The position numbers and the translations under genes are program-made. A stretch of 64,000 nt of DNA. It comes from a virus. Its lineage: Duplodnaviria; Caudoviricetes. This document shows positions 39,429 through 50,220 of this stretch, piece by piece (position 1 is the first letter of the stretch; the number at the start of each line of letters is the position of its first letter). Under the pieces are notes generated by a model. It did not search any database, was not told the origin of the DNA, and saw nothing but the letters and a program-made list of their open reading frames with translations. The stretch spans positions 31,957-95,956 of IMG/VR virus record IMGVR_UViG_3300013383_000025; one strand, 5' to 3'.

Positions 39429-40900
39429 TTCGCATACACCAACCTTGTCTTACTGAGCGAATAGGGCTGGTCAAACTTGCTCGTTACAAAACAATCCTTT
39501 GTTCGCCCAGTATTCAAATCGAGATTAAAATAAATCTTAATGCCCTGTTCAACCGATGAGAAGCGCATTTTGTAGACAGATAACACACGATTCGGTTTGA
39601 CTCTATCAGGGTACTTTTCGGCCATCATATCAGCTATGTCCTGTTCTTTGCGGCGCAATGGCATAATAACACCGGCCACATCAGCCTTATTCTGAATAGC
39701 TCTTGAACCAGCCGCAACACCACTATCCATAATTTCTTGCGTCATAGCATTGGCATTAACTTGAGTAAATGTAAGGACGGCAATATTATATTCAACAGCT
39801 AAATCCTTAAGCTTGCTTGCAATACCTGATAAGACCTGATCTGACCGTGTAGCCACACCGTTCTTTTTGGCAATATCGCTCGATACTGAGGCTGACTCGA
39901 CTATATAATCGTAGCACAAATAGCCGACCCCTCGGTTTACCACATAATCCTTGACATATGATTCAATCAGGTCAACCGTATAATTAGGCATAGTGACGAT
40001 ATACAGATTAGATTCATGCAGAATCTTAATCGCCTCATCAACCCGCTCTTCCTCGCCCTCTTCATAGCGGCCATTCAAAATGCTAAAGCATGGTACGCCG
40101 CTAATTGTAGCCACGATTTTAGGCGTGACTTCAGTATCACCAGCCATCTCAAACTGGAGATACAGACCAGCCTTATGTTGATAGCATGGGTTGTCTACAT
40201 ATTGCTCCTTGTCTATATCATAGATTCTAGGACAGCATACTTGCACAAGATTAGCCAAGCCGATAGTTGACTTACCTATGCCTGAGCCGACCGAATAGAT
40301 TGACAACTGTCCAGGAATCCAGCCTCTAGCAGCCGTGTTCAGATATTCACTGAATGTTGTAGCACCAAATAGCGGCTCTGCCTTGAAGCCCTCTTTGACC
40401 GCCTCAAAGCCATCACCAGCCTTTAGTTCATCAACATCCTTGTCTTTATAAAACGCCTTTTTGATAGCTATCTGTTGTGCGTCAAACCACTGTACAATAT
40501 CTTCAATGGATGCTTGGTCATCTTGCTCAAACTTGTCTACATTGTACCCAGCCGCCTTATACGCTCTAATCAACGTGCACCGGCGCACATTTGCGTAATA
40601 TACGTCAAAGTTGCCGACATTGGCAAGTTGCTTGACCGTATCAATAAAATCGTCAAGTTGATTTGCCTTGAATATGTCCTCTACCTGCTTGTTGTTCTTG
40701 CATAACATATAAATATCTAGGCTTGATATGGATTCAGCGCCACGACGAGCAAGAGCCACACAGGCTTGCCAAAGACGTAAATGAAACGACACTGGTTCTA
40801 GGTCGGCTTTGGACATGGGGTATTTATCGGAGATGGCAAGCGATGGCTTGATTAGCAGACAACCTAATAAAAGACGTGCTGAATTTGCATCATAGAGCAA
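39425..40900 (-). CDS. dnaB: Replicative DnaB-like helicase
   Basis: GSGIGKST, FEM, YDYI, LKDLA.E.NIAV....Q.N, SRAIQNKAD, K.RF. Confidence 0.9.
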   Translation of the reverse strand: MLYDANSARLLLGCLLIKPSLAISDKYPMSKADLEPVSFHLRLWQACVALARRGAESISSLDIYMLCKNNKQVEDIFKANQLDDFIDTVKQLANVGNFDVYYANVRRCTLIRAYKAAGYNVDKFEQDDQASIEDIVQWFDAQQIAIKKAFYKDKDVDELKAGDGFEAVKEGFKAEPLFGATTFSEYLNTAARGWIPGQLSIYSVGSGIGKSTIGLANLVQVCCPRIYDIDKEQYVDNPCYQHKAGLYLQFEMAGDTEVTPKIVATISGVPCFSILNGRYEEGEEERVDEAIKILHESNLYIVTMPNYTVDLIESYVKDYVVNRGVGYLCYDYIVESASVSSDIAKKNGVATRSDQVLSGIASKLKDLAVEYNIAVLTFTQVNANAMTQEIMDSGVAAGSRAIQNKADVAGVIMPLRRKEQDIADMMAEKYPDRVKPNRVLSVYKMRFSSVEQGIKIYFNLDLNTGRTKDCFVTSKFDQPYSLSKTRLVYAK

Positions 40901-40912
40901 TAGTCAGTCCTC

Positions 40913-41616
40913 TCAATCTAACCGTTGTCCACATTTGTCACAATATTGACAATATCTGTCAATCCCCATATAACAATTTGAACACCAATAGAAATATTTT
41001 GTGTCGGGTACAAGCGGCATTGGTTTGGGTTTGGCAGGAATTTGTTTCTTCAACGCCTCAACAACAACATCCATATACGGCTCGATATCGCTCGTATCAA
41101 GCATACCATCCGCCAGAGCAACAAAAGCCTCCGCGTATTTGTTTACAAATTCAACCATCTTTTAATCCTCTGGCAATTCAATATATGCCCAACGATCTGT
41201 ATCGTCGGTAGCTATGTATACACCAATAGGAGTACGCCAGCAATCACCATCGCTAATATCGCCTGGGCACAGTTGAGCAACAAAACAATTATACGGGCTT
41301 CTAATGCTATAAAGACACTGTGAAACCATCACAAATTTATTAGGGTCTACAACGTTAGTTGATTTATATGGAAAGTCTTGCATTTTATGCCATGTCATCT
41401 AATCAAATCCTCCTTAGATAGATCCATTCGAGCAAGCAATTTTTTGCCGCTATTATCCGTTAGCATGAATTGATCACCGTTGATTCCAACAACTACATTC
41501 CTAGAGCAACTATAAGGTTCGCATGTGATATATTGAATATTCGATGTGTTGATATACACCCTTTCAACTCTATCAATCCAGTCAAGCCCAGTCCTGTAAT
41601 ATTCAAGTAAAATCAT
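40913..41616 (-). CDS. Three small hypothetical genes (40913-41158 Zn ribbon; 41162-41398 DUF551-like; 41395-41616)
   Basis: Tightly packed or overlapping ORFs. Confidence 0.5.
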
Positions 41617-42142
41617 CCAAACACATCATCCTTCTTACTAATTCTCTCAAATACAAGTTGAGATGGTAACACGTTGTGACACAAATAGCCACTTTGAAAC
41701 GGGACAGAGCCAGAGTGCAATTAGGTCTAATGTATGACACGCGAGGACTGAGCCACATCATTTCACAGCCATTTGCTTCAAATAGGTCAAAACGCACCTT
41801 GTTATCAAAGATACCTTGAAAATTTATAAGCATAGCGAATGGCTTGCCGAGGTTGTATAGCCTTTGAAAAACTTCTGTCTTTAGGGAATATGGAGGATTA
41901 GAGATGATATAGTCTGTTCCAAATGGCGGCTTGTTCTCAAAGAAATCTAGCCCTATTGAAATATGTGCATATATGACGTTATGTCCAGCCTTAGACAATA
42001 CTTGAACAAATTGACTCTCTTCTGTGTCAAATGGACACTAAATATTGCTATGAGGTAGAAGATATTTGAGAAGCGGCTTGACCGCATATGCAGGAGTGTA
42101 ATATTCATCATTCTTATTGAATTTATATTGAATTTGAGACAT
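41613..42142 (-). pseudogene. N6-adenine DNA methyltransferase pseudogene (TAG at codon 35 plus a frameshift near 41705-41722)
   Basis: NDEYYTP...I*CPFD (family motif recalled as IWCPFD), ISNPPYS; the alternative frame gives PFQSGYLCHNVLPSQLVFERI ending in an ATGA overlap. Confidence 0.85.
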
Positions 42143-42624
42143 TAACTGAACACATCCTCCTTTTTCTCTTTTCTAACAACCTCAACATCATTATCTTTTA
42201 GTTGCCAATCAGCAACAACCTGTTGCATTTTTTGCCGCCAGCTGTAATATTTTTTAGCCGCTTCAGTATAATACGGAACTAGAGGCAAGCCCGACCCGTC
42301 AAACCTAATCTGCAAATGTTCGCGCATATACCACAGAGTATAATGTATAGCTTGCGGTGTTAGCCCATAATCGCTCTGCATTTTCTTGACCGTCTGTACA
42401 AATTTAACCCATTCAGTATCAGGCGCATATGTCTGCACGTAATCCGTCAGCTTGCGCAATGGGCTATAATCCTCTTTTGGTTTGTCTTGCTTTTTACGGC
42501 CAACCACCCATTTATCAGCGCAGTCTTGGCAACAGAACCAGAATTTATTGGGTAGCTGGATTGCATCTGATTTAGGATGAGATTGACCACATTGGCGGCA
42601 TTTGATTAGTTGTGGTTTAGGCAT
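42142..42624 (-). CDS. Zn-finger replication-associated hypothetical protein
   Basis: CRQCG...CCQDC; ..YTLWY...LVPYY..A..YY. Confidence 0.55.
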   Translation of the reverse strand: MPKPQLIKCRQCGQSHPKSDAIQLPNKFWFCCQDCADKWVVGRKKQDKPKEDYSPLRKLTDYVQTYAPDTEWVKFVQTVKKMQSDYGLTPQAIHYTLWYMREHLQIRFDGSGLPLVPYYTEAAKKYYSWRQKMQQVVADWQLKDNDVEVVRKEKKEDVFS

Positions 42625-42818
42625 TGGCTTTACATACAGGCTGAGCCATGCTATATCTATTGTCAAACTGACGAGCTAATGCAATTGCTTCATCAAATGA
42701 ATCTACTGCTACATACATCGCATCCTCAATCCAGTCTTTATAGAACCATACTTTCCAAACCATAATCCTTACCTCCATCTCTTTGATAATCCAAGTATAG
42801 CATATATTGTTTGGTTTG

Positions 42819-43460
42819 TCAAGAGGTTATTTCAATCTCAAGCAGTATATTTTTCATCTGCTCATCATCTATATATTCATTCAATGGTGCACAGCCCACC
42901 ATCTTCAGTCCATACGGCTCAACCTTGACCACATCACCATCGGCAACCGCGCCATTACCATAATCCAGCTTGAGCCGATATAGCCGCTTCTCATAGCCGT
43001 CAATAGCTGGGATATGAAACAGCCGTGCCCATTCACCTGTCAGATTAACGAACTTCTCATTATCCACCCATTGCCCATCCATCTCTATGCTTAGTCCACA
43101 TCGGCTTGCAGCTGGCTCTGTGCGGCAATATTGCATATTATAATACAATGCTTTTTTATATTCATTGACATTACCACTAACTAATAGCCTAGTTGGTGTA
43201 TCTGATTTTTTCATTGTATAATAACGTTGATTTTTTACATATACATAGCCGTCTATGCGCGGATGCAGGGCTGGTATCATGTCAAGCCACGACTGGATTT
43301 GCTGTGCGCCCCATTTGCGACTTATGGTCTGCTGGCAAGTGATGATATTTGCGGAGGTGATAGCAAGTGACAGCTTGATGCGCATATGCGTCTTGAATAG
43401 GTCGATGCGGATTTCTTGCAGATCACCACATCCAAGAAATCTGTTTATCATTGCTATCAC
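42819..43460 (-). CDS. Hypothetical protein (possibly OB-fold)
   Basis: ORF with its own upstream promoter. Confidence 0.5.
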   Translation of the reverse strand: MIAMINRFLGCGDLQEIRIDLFKTHMRIKLSLAITSANIITCQQTISRKWGAQQIQSWLDMIPALHPRIDGYVYVKNQRYYTMKKSDTPTRLLVSGNVNEYKKALYYNMQYCRTEPAASRCGLSIEMDGQWVDNEKFVNLTGEWARLFHIPAIDGYEKRLYRLKLDYGNGAVADGDVVKVEPYGLKMVGCAPLNEYIDDEQMKNILLEIEITS

Positions 43461-43476
43461 CTACCCTTCATGGGTT

Positions 43477-43516
43477 ATTGTACAATAAAAAGCCGGAGTT
43501 GTCAAGCCCCGGCTTT
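43477..43516 (-). terminator. Intrinsic terminator with an overlapping promoter
   Basis: aaagccgg/ccggcttt stem and U tract; TTGACA in the loop, 17 bp to TACAAT. Confidence 0.75.
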
Positions 43517-43524
43517 AATATTTT

Positions 43525-43794
43525 TTAATCTTTCTCTTCGCTATCTGTTACTTCAATTGATGTATAACCTTCTCTCGCCAATTCCATACCAAGTTGGATT
43601 GCATTTAAATAGTCATCGCCATTGAATAAACCTCGATAAATAGTAGCATCTTCGGGGCATTCGCAAAGATCGTAAGCGGTAAAAACAAACTTGCTTGAAT
43701 CAGGAGAATTTAGCTTGTGCCCACAAACATCCCCCCATCTGTCCATTACGGTGATAAAATTAACGTGCAGAATTTTATCCATAATCAACCTCAC
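43525..43794 (-). CDS. Hypothetical protein
   Basis: DL.ECPEDA.I.R.L motif. Confidence 0.55.
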   Translation of the reverse strand: MRLIMDKILHVNFITVMDRWGDVCGHKLNSPDSSKFVFTAYDLCECPEDATIYRGLFNGDDYLNAIQLGMELAREGYTSIEVTDSEEKD

Positions 43795-44423
43795 GCAAAT
43801 GGATTAGAATCAGAATCGTCCCAAGGTGTTGCATCATCTGCTTCAGTTACAGAGGTGGCAGGGGCGCTATTGAACACAGATTCAAAGTCTGGGATTGGCT
43901 CATTGGTAGGTGCAGCGGTTGTGGTCTTGGTGGTGGTTAGGCGCTTAATCTCTCTGATAGTAAAATCACCACTACGAATCTTGTCAACACTGTGGAACAT
44001 ATCTGGCTTGCAACTAACAGCGACCTTTCCGTTCTGTCCGACAAATTCTTCCTCGCGGAACGTTGCTCCTACCAGTTTCTTTATAAATTGCTGCTCATGT
44101 TCTTCGTCCCAAACAAAACCCTTGTTACTATTCTGAACGGCGGTTACAAACTGCTTAAAGAATGGCAGAGCGCGTTCGTTATTTGCGTCGTAAGACTTAG
44201 AGAATCGGCCACCCCACTTCTTATTTGCGTTAGTATTTGTCTTATATCGTTCGTTGTAATAGTCCTTATACGGACCTTCTGCAATATCAAAATAGAAGTC
44301 GAGACGGTTGTACTCAGGCACATCCTGCACCTTGAGAATTTTTAGCACATAACCGTCTGCTGGTAGACGCTTATAGTTGCCGTTTCCTGCTTCCTGAACC
44401 TTGCTTAAGTCAACTTTCTTCAT
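43791..44423 (-). CDS. Phage single-stranded DNA-binding protein-like
   Basis: LPADGY..KI..V, acidic C-terminal tail ending DSNPFA; next to the Sak4-like ATPase. Confidence 0.65.
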   Translation of the reverse strand: MKKVDLSKVQEAGNGNYKRLPADGYVLKILKVQDVPEYNRLDFYFDIAEGPYKDYYNERYKTNTNANKKWGGRFSKSYDANNERALPFFKQFVTAVQNSNKGFVWDEEHEQQFIKKLVGATFREEEFVGQNGKVAVSCKPDMFHSVDKIRSGDFTIREIKRLTTTKTTTAAPTNEPIPDFESVFNSAPATSVTEADDATPWDDSDSNPFA

Positions 44424-44462
44424 GATAATTACCTTTCTGAAATTTAATGAAATTTATATATT

Positions 44463-45122
44463 TTACTCAGCCGTTTTAGCTGTAGTAGACTTCTTAGCTG
44501 GTTGCTTTCTTAGGCCATAATAATCTCTGATAGTGTCATCAACCATCTTTAGGTCATTATCAATTTCGACGGTTTCAAACATACCCATGGGCGATTTACA
44601 AGTATTAGTCCCATCAGACTGCGTAATAAAATAGTGCTTATTTTCATCTGCCTTAGCAAGTAGAACAATGGTAAACAAACCCTCCACTGTAAGCTGCTGA
44701 TCTAGCATCTTGCCAAGCGTCTTAGCCTTGACATTGCCATTATCATCAGTATCAACGTGCTGTAGCACATACACGATAGTATCAGGGCTTGTATTTTCCT
44801 GAATATGTCTCAACATTTCCTGATAATTCTTGGCCATAGTGGTGAATTTACCATAGCCAACTTCATTCACTTTGTCAAAGCTCTCAAACGCCATAAGATA
44901 CTGAGCATCATCAATGACCCAACTTAATTTCTGGCCAGATGATACAGCTTTCTTGATAACATCGTAGTTTGCCTTATTGAGCATCTGTAGTTTGTTTGTA
45001 TTCCTAAAAGGAAGCGGCTTAGATGCTACATTAAGAATACCCACTTCCTCCTGCTTAAAATTGCGTAGTGATGCAGATTTACCACTGCCACTGGTACCGA
45101 GAATCATCACCGCAATACCCAT
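44463..45122 (-). CDS. Sak4-like (AAA_24) ssDNA-annealing ATPase
   Basis: GTSGSGKS, VIDDAQY, KTLGKMLD...VEGLF, KSPMGMF...IDNDL. Confidence 0.85.
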   Translation of the reverse strand: MGIAVMILGTSGSGKSASLRNFKQEEVGILNVASKPLPFRNTNKLQMLNKANYDVIKKAVSSGQKLSWVIDDAQYLMAFESFDKVNEVGYGKFTTMAKNYQEMLRHIQENTSPDTIVYVLQHVDTDDNGNVKAKTLGKMLDQQLTVEGLFTIVLLAKADENKHYFITQSDGTNTCKSPMGMFETVEIDNDLKMVDDTIRDYYGLRKQPAKKSTTAKTAE

Positions 45123-45124
45123 AT

Positions 45125-46072
45125 TTATCCAACCTCCCTAATTTCCTTTTCGAGTGCCATAGAATCAACGCCAACTTTATGACAAATATAATTCACAGCA
45201 TTGGCATTACCAAAGCGCCAATACATATCGTCTTTGTCTGTCGCTTTGTTGTTGTCGGCGCTATCTCTGAGCAACGTTTCAACAGCGCTAATAAATTTAC
45301 GTCTTGAAATTAAACCAAACATTCACTTAATCCTCCTTATTGTCTTCTTTATTCAAAGCTGCTACGGCCATAGCAATGGCCTCTGATAATCTAATATCGC
45401 TATAGGTATGCTGATGATATTCCATACATAATGCCTTATACTTACTGTATTCTTTAACTAATAAATTTGCAGCTTCTTGATTTGTCATCATTCACCTCAA
45501 CTAATTTCTTTTAGCCAAAAATCACGACGACAATCCTCGCAGAATTTATAACTACATGGACTACGTTCTTGATACTCCTCATCAATGTCCATAGGGCATA
45601 AAAGTACACAACCATTTATTATTTTTGATTTGGGAAAAACATCGAGTAGTTTATCCTGCATTGTTTTGATGGGATGTTCTTTTGCCCATTGCTCAACGGC
45701 ACATACTTGTTTAACGCAGTCGTCATCTGTATCATCATCCTCACAATGAAACAATGGGCAACTATCTTCACAAATATTGTTATTACACAATCTTCTTCGA
45801 GTTTTCAAAAATTCAACAGCATCCATTATTTTAATCCTCCTTTACATTTTCTCGCATTGCCATTCGTAATCCTCAACAACAGCGTCTCGTATATCAAGCC
45901 AAAATCCAGCCAGATACTCTACTGAATATTCAGGGAATGCAGTGACTAAGGTTTTTGCCGTCTTCGGACCAGCACTGAGAACATTGTTAATGATACCAAG
46001 CAACTTATTACTTTTATTTACAACTTCTTCCATGCCTTCAACTCCTGATAAGTTTGGTCTGTTCTCACCCAT
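45125..46072 (-). CDS. Cluster of small hypothetical genes (45125-45322, 45497-45826, 45842-46072)
   Basis: Packed ORFs with GGAGG-type RBSs. Confidence 0.5.
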
Positions 46073-49000
46073 TCACCATTTTCATCCTTTTTCATCTTAT
46101 TCTTCTCTTGCGTCACAGCTCTAATTGCGTCTCCACGCTCTAGCTTATTCTTAGTCCAGAATTGACGGTTCGTCCGCATTTCACGCTCAACGCCAATGCT
46201 GATATTATACAGGCGGCAATATACCGTGCTATAATTAGTTGTCTTAACATCAAACACAAGCCAATCTGTAATGGGCGATTTAGGGTCACAAGTATCAACA
46301 TAGCCAAGTAGCTCAGATTGCCATTTTAGCCTATCAATAATCGTTGTTTTTGGCATTTTCATTGAACGTAGGATGGCCAGTACAATACCACGATTATCAA
46401 GCTGACTCGCCGTCTTATCCGTCATCTTACCGGCATAGGGCGCAAGCATATCTACATTATGCCCCATTTCGCGCCATTTGTCAAGTTTAATTGTCTTGCA
46501 TTTTGAAAATTTATTAAAAATCTCAATGCCAATCAATAGCGCTTTGGGTGGGCCAAATTCGTCAAAATAGCCGATCTTGACTAGAATATCAAGTTGGCGC
46601 GAATCAGGCTTTGATTCAAGCTGCTGGATGGCAAACAGCACATCAATAAAATTCTTAAACTGCATATCGCGCATACCATACAGAGCTTCAGCCACATCTG
46701 CGCTCATATACTTAATTGAGCCAAGCCCCTTATAGATTACATTTTCAGCAGTATCGCAAAAATAATCCGAGCGAGAATGACGGAATCGCGGCGACTTGAT
46801 TTTAATGCCCATCTTATGAGCATAGGCGGTCAGAGCCGATGTCTCAGAATCGTCGCCCTGATTGACATTTAGGCACACTGTCAAGAACTGAAACGGATAA
46901 TAATATCTAAGCCATCCCTCTGCATAGCCCTCATAGCTATATGGCTGACTATGGTTGAGAGAGAACAAGTAATTGCTGGCATCCTCAATGACCTGAATAA
47001 AATCCGCTATGGTTTTATCAGATTGCTCTTGGCTCATGCCGTATTGCTCAGCCATTGTCTTAGCGAATCCAGCCTTAATTTGCGGTATATCCTTATCTGT
47101 ACCCGTCTTCTTAGCGAAATGGCGGCGCACCACATCGGCCTCGCCCATAGTATAACCGCAGTATTTATGCAAAAATCCGATAATCTGGCATTGGAAGATA
47201 AGAAAGCCGAACGTATCAGACATGAAATGGTTAATAGCCTCATTGTCATATGTGCGAACATCGCCATTGGCAAGCTCATCGCGGTATGATGCGCCAGCAG
47301 GACGAATCGCACCGTTACCCATAGACAACAATGTGATATAGTCGATATCTGGCTGAACCTTGCGTAACTTGGCAATGGTTGTATCTGATAGCAACTTGGC
47401 TATATACTGCCTTGCGCTGCCTGATTCCCACTGAAATATTGCTGTCGTATCATCTCTGATAGAACGCCACACGGCGTTGTCTGCAACATCAATATTATCA
47501 GGTGTTAAGCGCTCAATTCCACACATCTTACACGTCTCATTGATAATCTGTATCGTAATCAGCTTTAACAAGTCGAGCTTTACATAATTCTGCAAGTCAA
47601 CCTCTTTCATATTGATTTGGCTGATTGGCACGGTATCGGTTGTTGTAGTAAATAACCCCATGCGGTCATCAATGCTATGCGGCGCAACAATCATTCCTGA
47701 TGGATGGTTGCCAACCGATACAACACAACCATTAACAATATCTACATACTTAAATAGCTCTGGGTATTTGGCGCGGCATCCGGCCTCGTCTTGTTCAACC
47801 TTATTGCAAATATCGCCCACCTCATCAAGCAACATTTCAAGTGCCCTACCAACATCCCGAATAGCACCCTTCAGAGCAATGGTATTAAATGTAACAATAT
47901 CAGCACAATACAACCCATGCTTGTTAAATACATAATTCTTTACTTCATCAATTCTGTTAGGCGGTATATCCGAGTCAATATCAGACAATGATACGCGCTC
48001 GACATTCATGAAGCGATCGAAATTAAGCTTATGCTTAATGCTATCCATCTCAGTAATGCCAAGCAGGTAAGCAATCAAACTGCCGGTGCAAGAGCCGCGC
48101 CCATATCCAATCTGAATATCTTGCGTTCTACACCAAGCAACAATATCTTCCATGAGCAGCATAAAGTCAATAGCACCGTTATGAATGTACGCCTTCATTT
48201 CATATTCAATGCGGTCTAGGTATTCTTGATAATTAGATAGTTTATCAACGCCGCGCCATTTAATGCCATCTGCTATCTTAGCTCTAAGCACAGCCTCGCT
48301 ATCATCGCCCCATAGATGAGGATATTTATAGCTATAATCAAGCTCGAACGGCTCAACCATATCAGCCACAGTATTGGTCATCTCGATAGCGTCCAGATAC
48401 ACATCCATGGGAAGCGCATCTTGCATACGGCATAGCTGAACTAGTTCATCGTAGTTCATCATCTCAAGGTGAAACCGGTCTTCGCCATCGAAGTGAATAT
48501 TCTTGGCTTTCTGCAAAATACGCCGCCCATCTACATGGGTTGAATTAAGCGCGTGAGTATCAGTACACATCAACAACCGCAATCCGCTCTGTTTGGATAG
48601 CGCCCATAGCGTGTTATTGTAGCTCTTTTGAGCCGGGTCAAGATGGGGCTGAATCTCAAGGAAACAGCGATCTTTATGCTCACATAACCAATGATAAAAA
48701 TCCCATCTGACATCATCTGGCGCTTTATTAAGAACGCCGCCCAAGCAAGCCGTGCTTACGATAATATTGTCGCTTGTATTTTTCACATCATCAATCGTGA
48801 TTCGCGGAACATAGTAGAATGAATTATCATCACGATTGAATGATTTGGTTGATAACTTGTTTAGCTCTAGTACGCCATCATAATTCTTGGCGATAAGCAG
48901 ACAGTGATAGTTGTCGCGAATTTTTTCTGATAGGGTTTGAGTTAGATAAAATTCTTCAGCTGCAATAAATTTTAAGCCCATTTCTTCGGCGTACAATTTT

Positions 49001-49170
49001 TTCTTAACCCACTGAAAAACAGACCCATGTTCACTGAACGCAATAGCCTTCATGCCAAGCTCTGCGGCACGATTTATATATTGGTCGTACCGTGTGACTG
49101 AATCAATATTAGTTACACCGTTAGACAGCATGGAATGAAGGTGAAGAATCGTATAATTCTTACTCATCAC
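46018..49170 (-). CDS. dnaE: DNA polymerase III alpha subunit (family C)
   Basis: PHP LHLHS...EHG; GRGS, DIDSD, HPSG, KLDLL, FQWES, RP, FSLNHS..Y. Confidence 0.95.
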   Translation of the reverse strand: MMSKNYTILHLHSMLSNGVTNIDSVTRYDQYINRAAELGMKAIAFSEHGSVFQWVKKKLYAEEMGLKFIAAEEFYLTQTLSEKIRDNYHCLLIAKNYDGVLELNKLSTKSFNRDDNSFYYVPRITIDDVKNTSDNIIVSTACLGGVLNKAPDDVRWDFYHWLCEHKDRCFLEIQPHLDPAQKSYNNTLWALSKQSGLRLLMCTDTHALNSTHVDGRRILQKAKNIHFDGEDRFHLEMMNYDELVQLCRMQDALPMDVYLDAIEMTNTVADMVEPFELDYSYKYPHLWGDDSEAVLRAKIADGIKWRGVDKLSNYQEYLDRIEYEMKAYIHNGAIDFMLLMEDIVAWCRTQDIQIGYGRGSCTGSLIAYLLGITEMDSIKHKLNFDRFMNVERVSLSDIDSDIPPNRIDEVKNYVFNKHGLYCADIVTFNTIALKGAIRDVGRALEMLLDEVGDICNKVEQDEAGCRAKYPELFKYVDIVNGCVVSVGNHPSGMIVAPHSIDDRMGLFTTTTDTVPISQINMKEVDLQNYVKLDLLKLITIQIINETCKMCGIERLTPDNIDVADNAVWRSIRDDTTAIFQWESGSARQYIAKLLSDTTIAKLRKVQPDIDYITLLSMGNGAIRPAGASYRDELANGDVRTYDNEAINHFMSDTFGFLIFQCQIIGFLHKYCGYTMGEADVVRRHFAKKTGTDKDIPQIKAGFAKTMAEQYGMSQEQSDKTIADFIQVIEDASNYLFSLNHSQPYSYEGYAEGWLRYYYPFQFLTVCLNVNQGDDSETSALTAYAHKMGIKIKSPRFRHSRSDYFCDTAENVIYKGLGSIKYMSADVAEALYGMRDMQFKNFIDVLFAIQQLESKPDSRQLDILVKIGYFDEFGPPKALLIGIEIFNKFSKCKTIKLDKWREMGHNVDMLAPYAGKMTDKTASQLDNRGIVLAILRSMKMPKTTIIDRLKWQSELLGYVDTCDPKSPITDWLVFDVKTTNYSTVYCRLYNISIGVEREMRTNRQFWTKNKLERGDAIRAVTQEKNKMKKDENGEWVRTDQTYQELKAWKKL

Positions 49171-49487
49171 TTCATCAGCTCGAACACGTCTTCTTTTTCT
49201 TCGTACTGAATAATCTGCCCAAGATAATATTCAACCTCGTCGTTACAGGTATCAAGCCAACATACAATGATTTTACCCGTATCGTTTGATTCTTCACGAC
49301 TTATCATTGTAATGATATATTCGCCATAATCCCTATGATGCACCTCGAGCCGCATCTTGCCATCAAACCTGCAATCATCGTCATATCCTTGAATGGCTCG
49401 ATTCGTTTCCATTTTTCTCTTAATTTCAACCTTAAATACACCAGCATCATTCTTGAGCTTGATAATATCCCCAATATTGTATTCCAT
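49167..49487 (-). CDS. Hypothetical protein
   Basis: Overlaps the dnaE start. Confidence 0.55.
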   Translation of the reverse strand: MEYNIGDIIKLKNDAGVFKVEIKRKMETNRAIQGYDDDCRFDGKMRLEVHHRDYGEYIITMISREESNDTGKIIVCWLDTCNDEVEYYLGQIIQYEEKEDVFELMK

Positions 49488-49501
49488 ATTTTCAATCCTC
49501 C

Positions 49502-50149
49502 TTACTTATTCTTTCTCACCGGCAATACTAACCCGTCGCCATTTTTACCCTCCATATACACGCCACTAACAGCATTGGTAGCATATGCCTTACAGCCAGG
49601 CAGACACTCCATGACGTTCAGCAGATATTGTGGATTGACCCAAAGTCCAATTTCTTCATTAAGCAGGTACGGCTTAAGTCCGGCATTAGTTGTTTTTGTT
49701 TGTTTGATCTTATGCGTCTTGATATATACCTTCAATTCGCCAATATCAGGTATGTCGATCTCCTTGCCCCCATCGGGCTTCTTAACAATACCATCAAGAT
49801 TCATTTCTTGTCCGTGATACTTACTATCGATTTCAGGCAGGGGCGGCCTATCCTTGAACCGAACAGCTACACAACCATCACATACACAATATAAGGTCGA
49901 GCCGTCTTTGTTCTGATTGGTGAACACACCTTCAAAAATTGGTTTTTCCCACGTTTGTGCGTTCTTGATAATGCGATTCGCCGCTGTAACAATTGACTTA
50001 GTACCAGATTTCTTTGCTTCGGCAAGGCGCATATCGGCTTCAAGTTGCTCCATCACCTTATTCATCTCAAATGCTGTACTGGTCATTCCCTCAGCATTGC
50101 AGAAATCTCGCCACGATTTGATTGCGTCATACAGTTTCTCAGTGGTCAT
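49502..50149 (-). CDS. Hypothetical phage protein
   Basis: VNPQYL...GLVLPVR C-terminus reminiscent of clamp-like folds (weak). Confidence 0.55.
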   Translation of the reverse strand: MTTEKLYDAIKSWRDFCNAEGMTSTAFEMNKVMEQLEADMRLAEAKKSGTKSIVTAANRIIKNAQTWEKPIFEGVFTNQNKDGSTLYCVCDGCVAVRFKDRPPLPEIDSKYHGQEMNLDGIVKKPDGGKEIDIPDIGELKVYIKTHKIKQTKTTNAGLKPYLLNEEIGLWVNPQYLLNVMECLPGCKAYATNAVSGVYMEGKNGDGLVLPVRKNK

Positions 50150-50153
50150 AATA

Positions 50154-50210
50154 ACAACCGCCCTTTTCATTTGATATTTGGATTATATCATAGATTGAGG
50201 CGGTTGTCAA
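50154..50210 (-). promoter_or_regulatory. Promoter with spacer complementary to the downstream RBS
   Basis: TTGACA (50205-10)-17-TATAAT (50182-87); arms 50154-50162 and 50199-50207. Confidence 0.82.
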
Positions 50211-50220
50211 TAGGGTTTAT

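Noticed and set aside
34200-42142. Genome-wide stop-codon reassignment (TGA or TAG)
   Set aside because: Long genes are open in code 11, TGG is used for Trp, TGA and TAG end normal genes, the two internal stops are different codons, and the MTase also has a frameshift.
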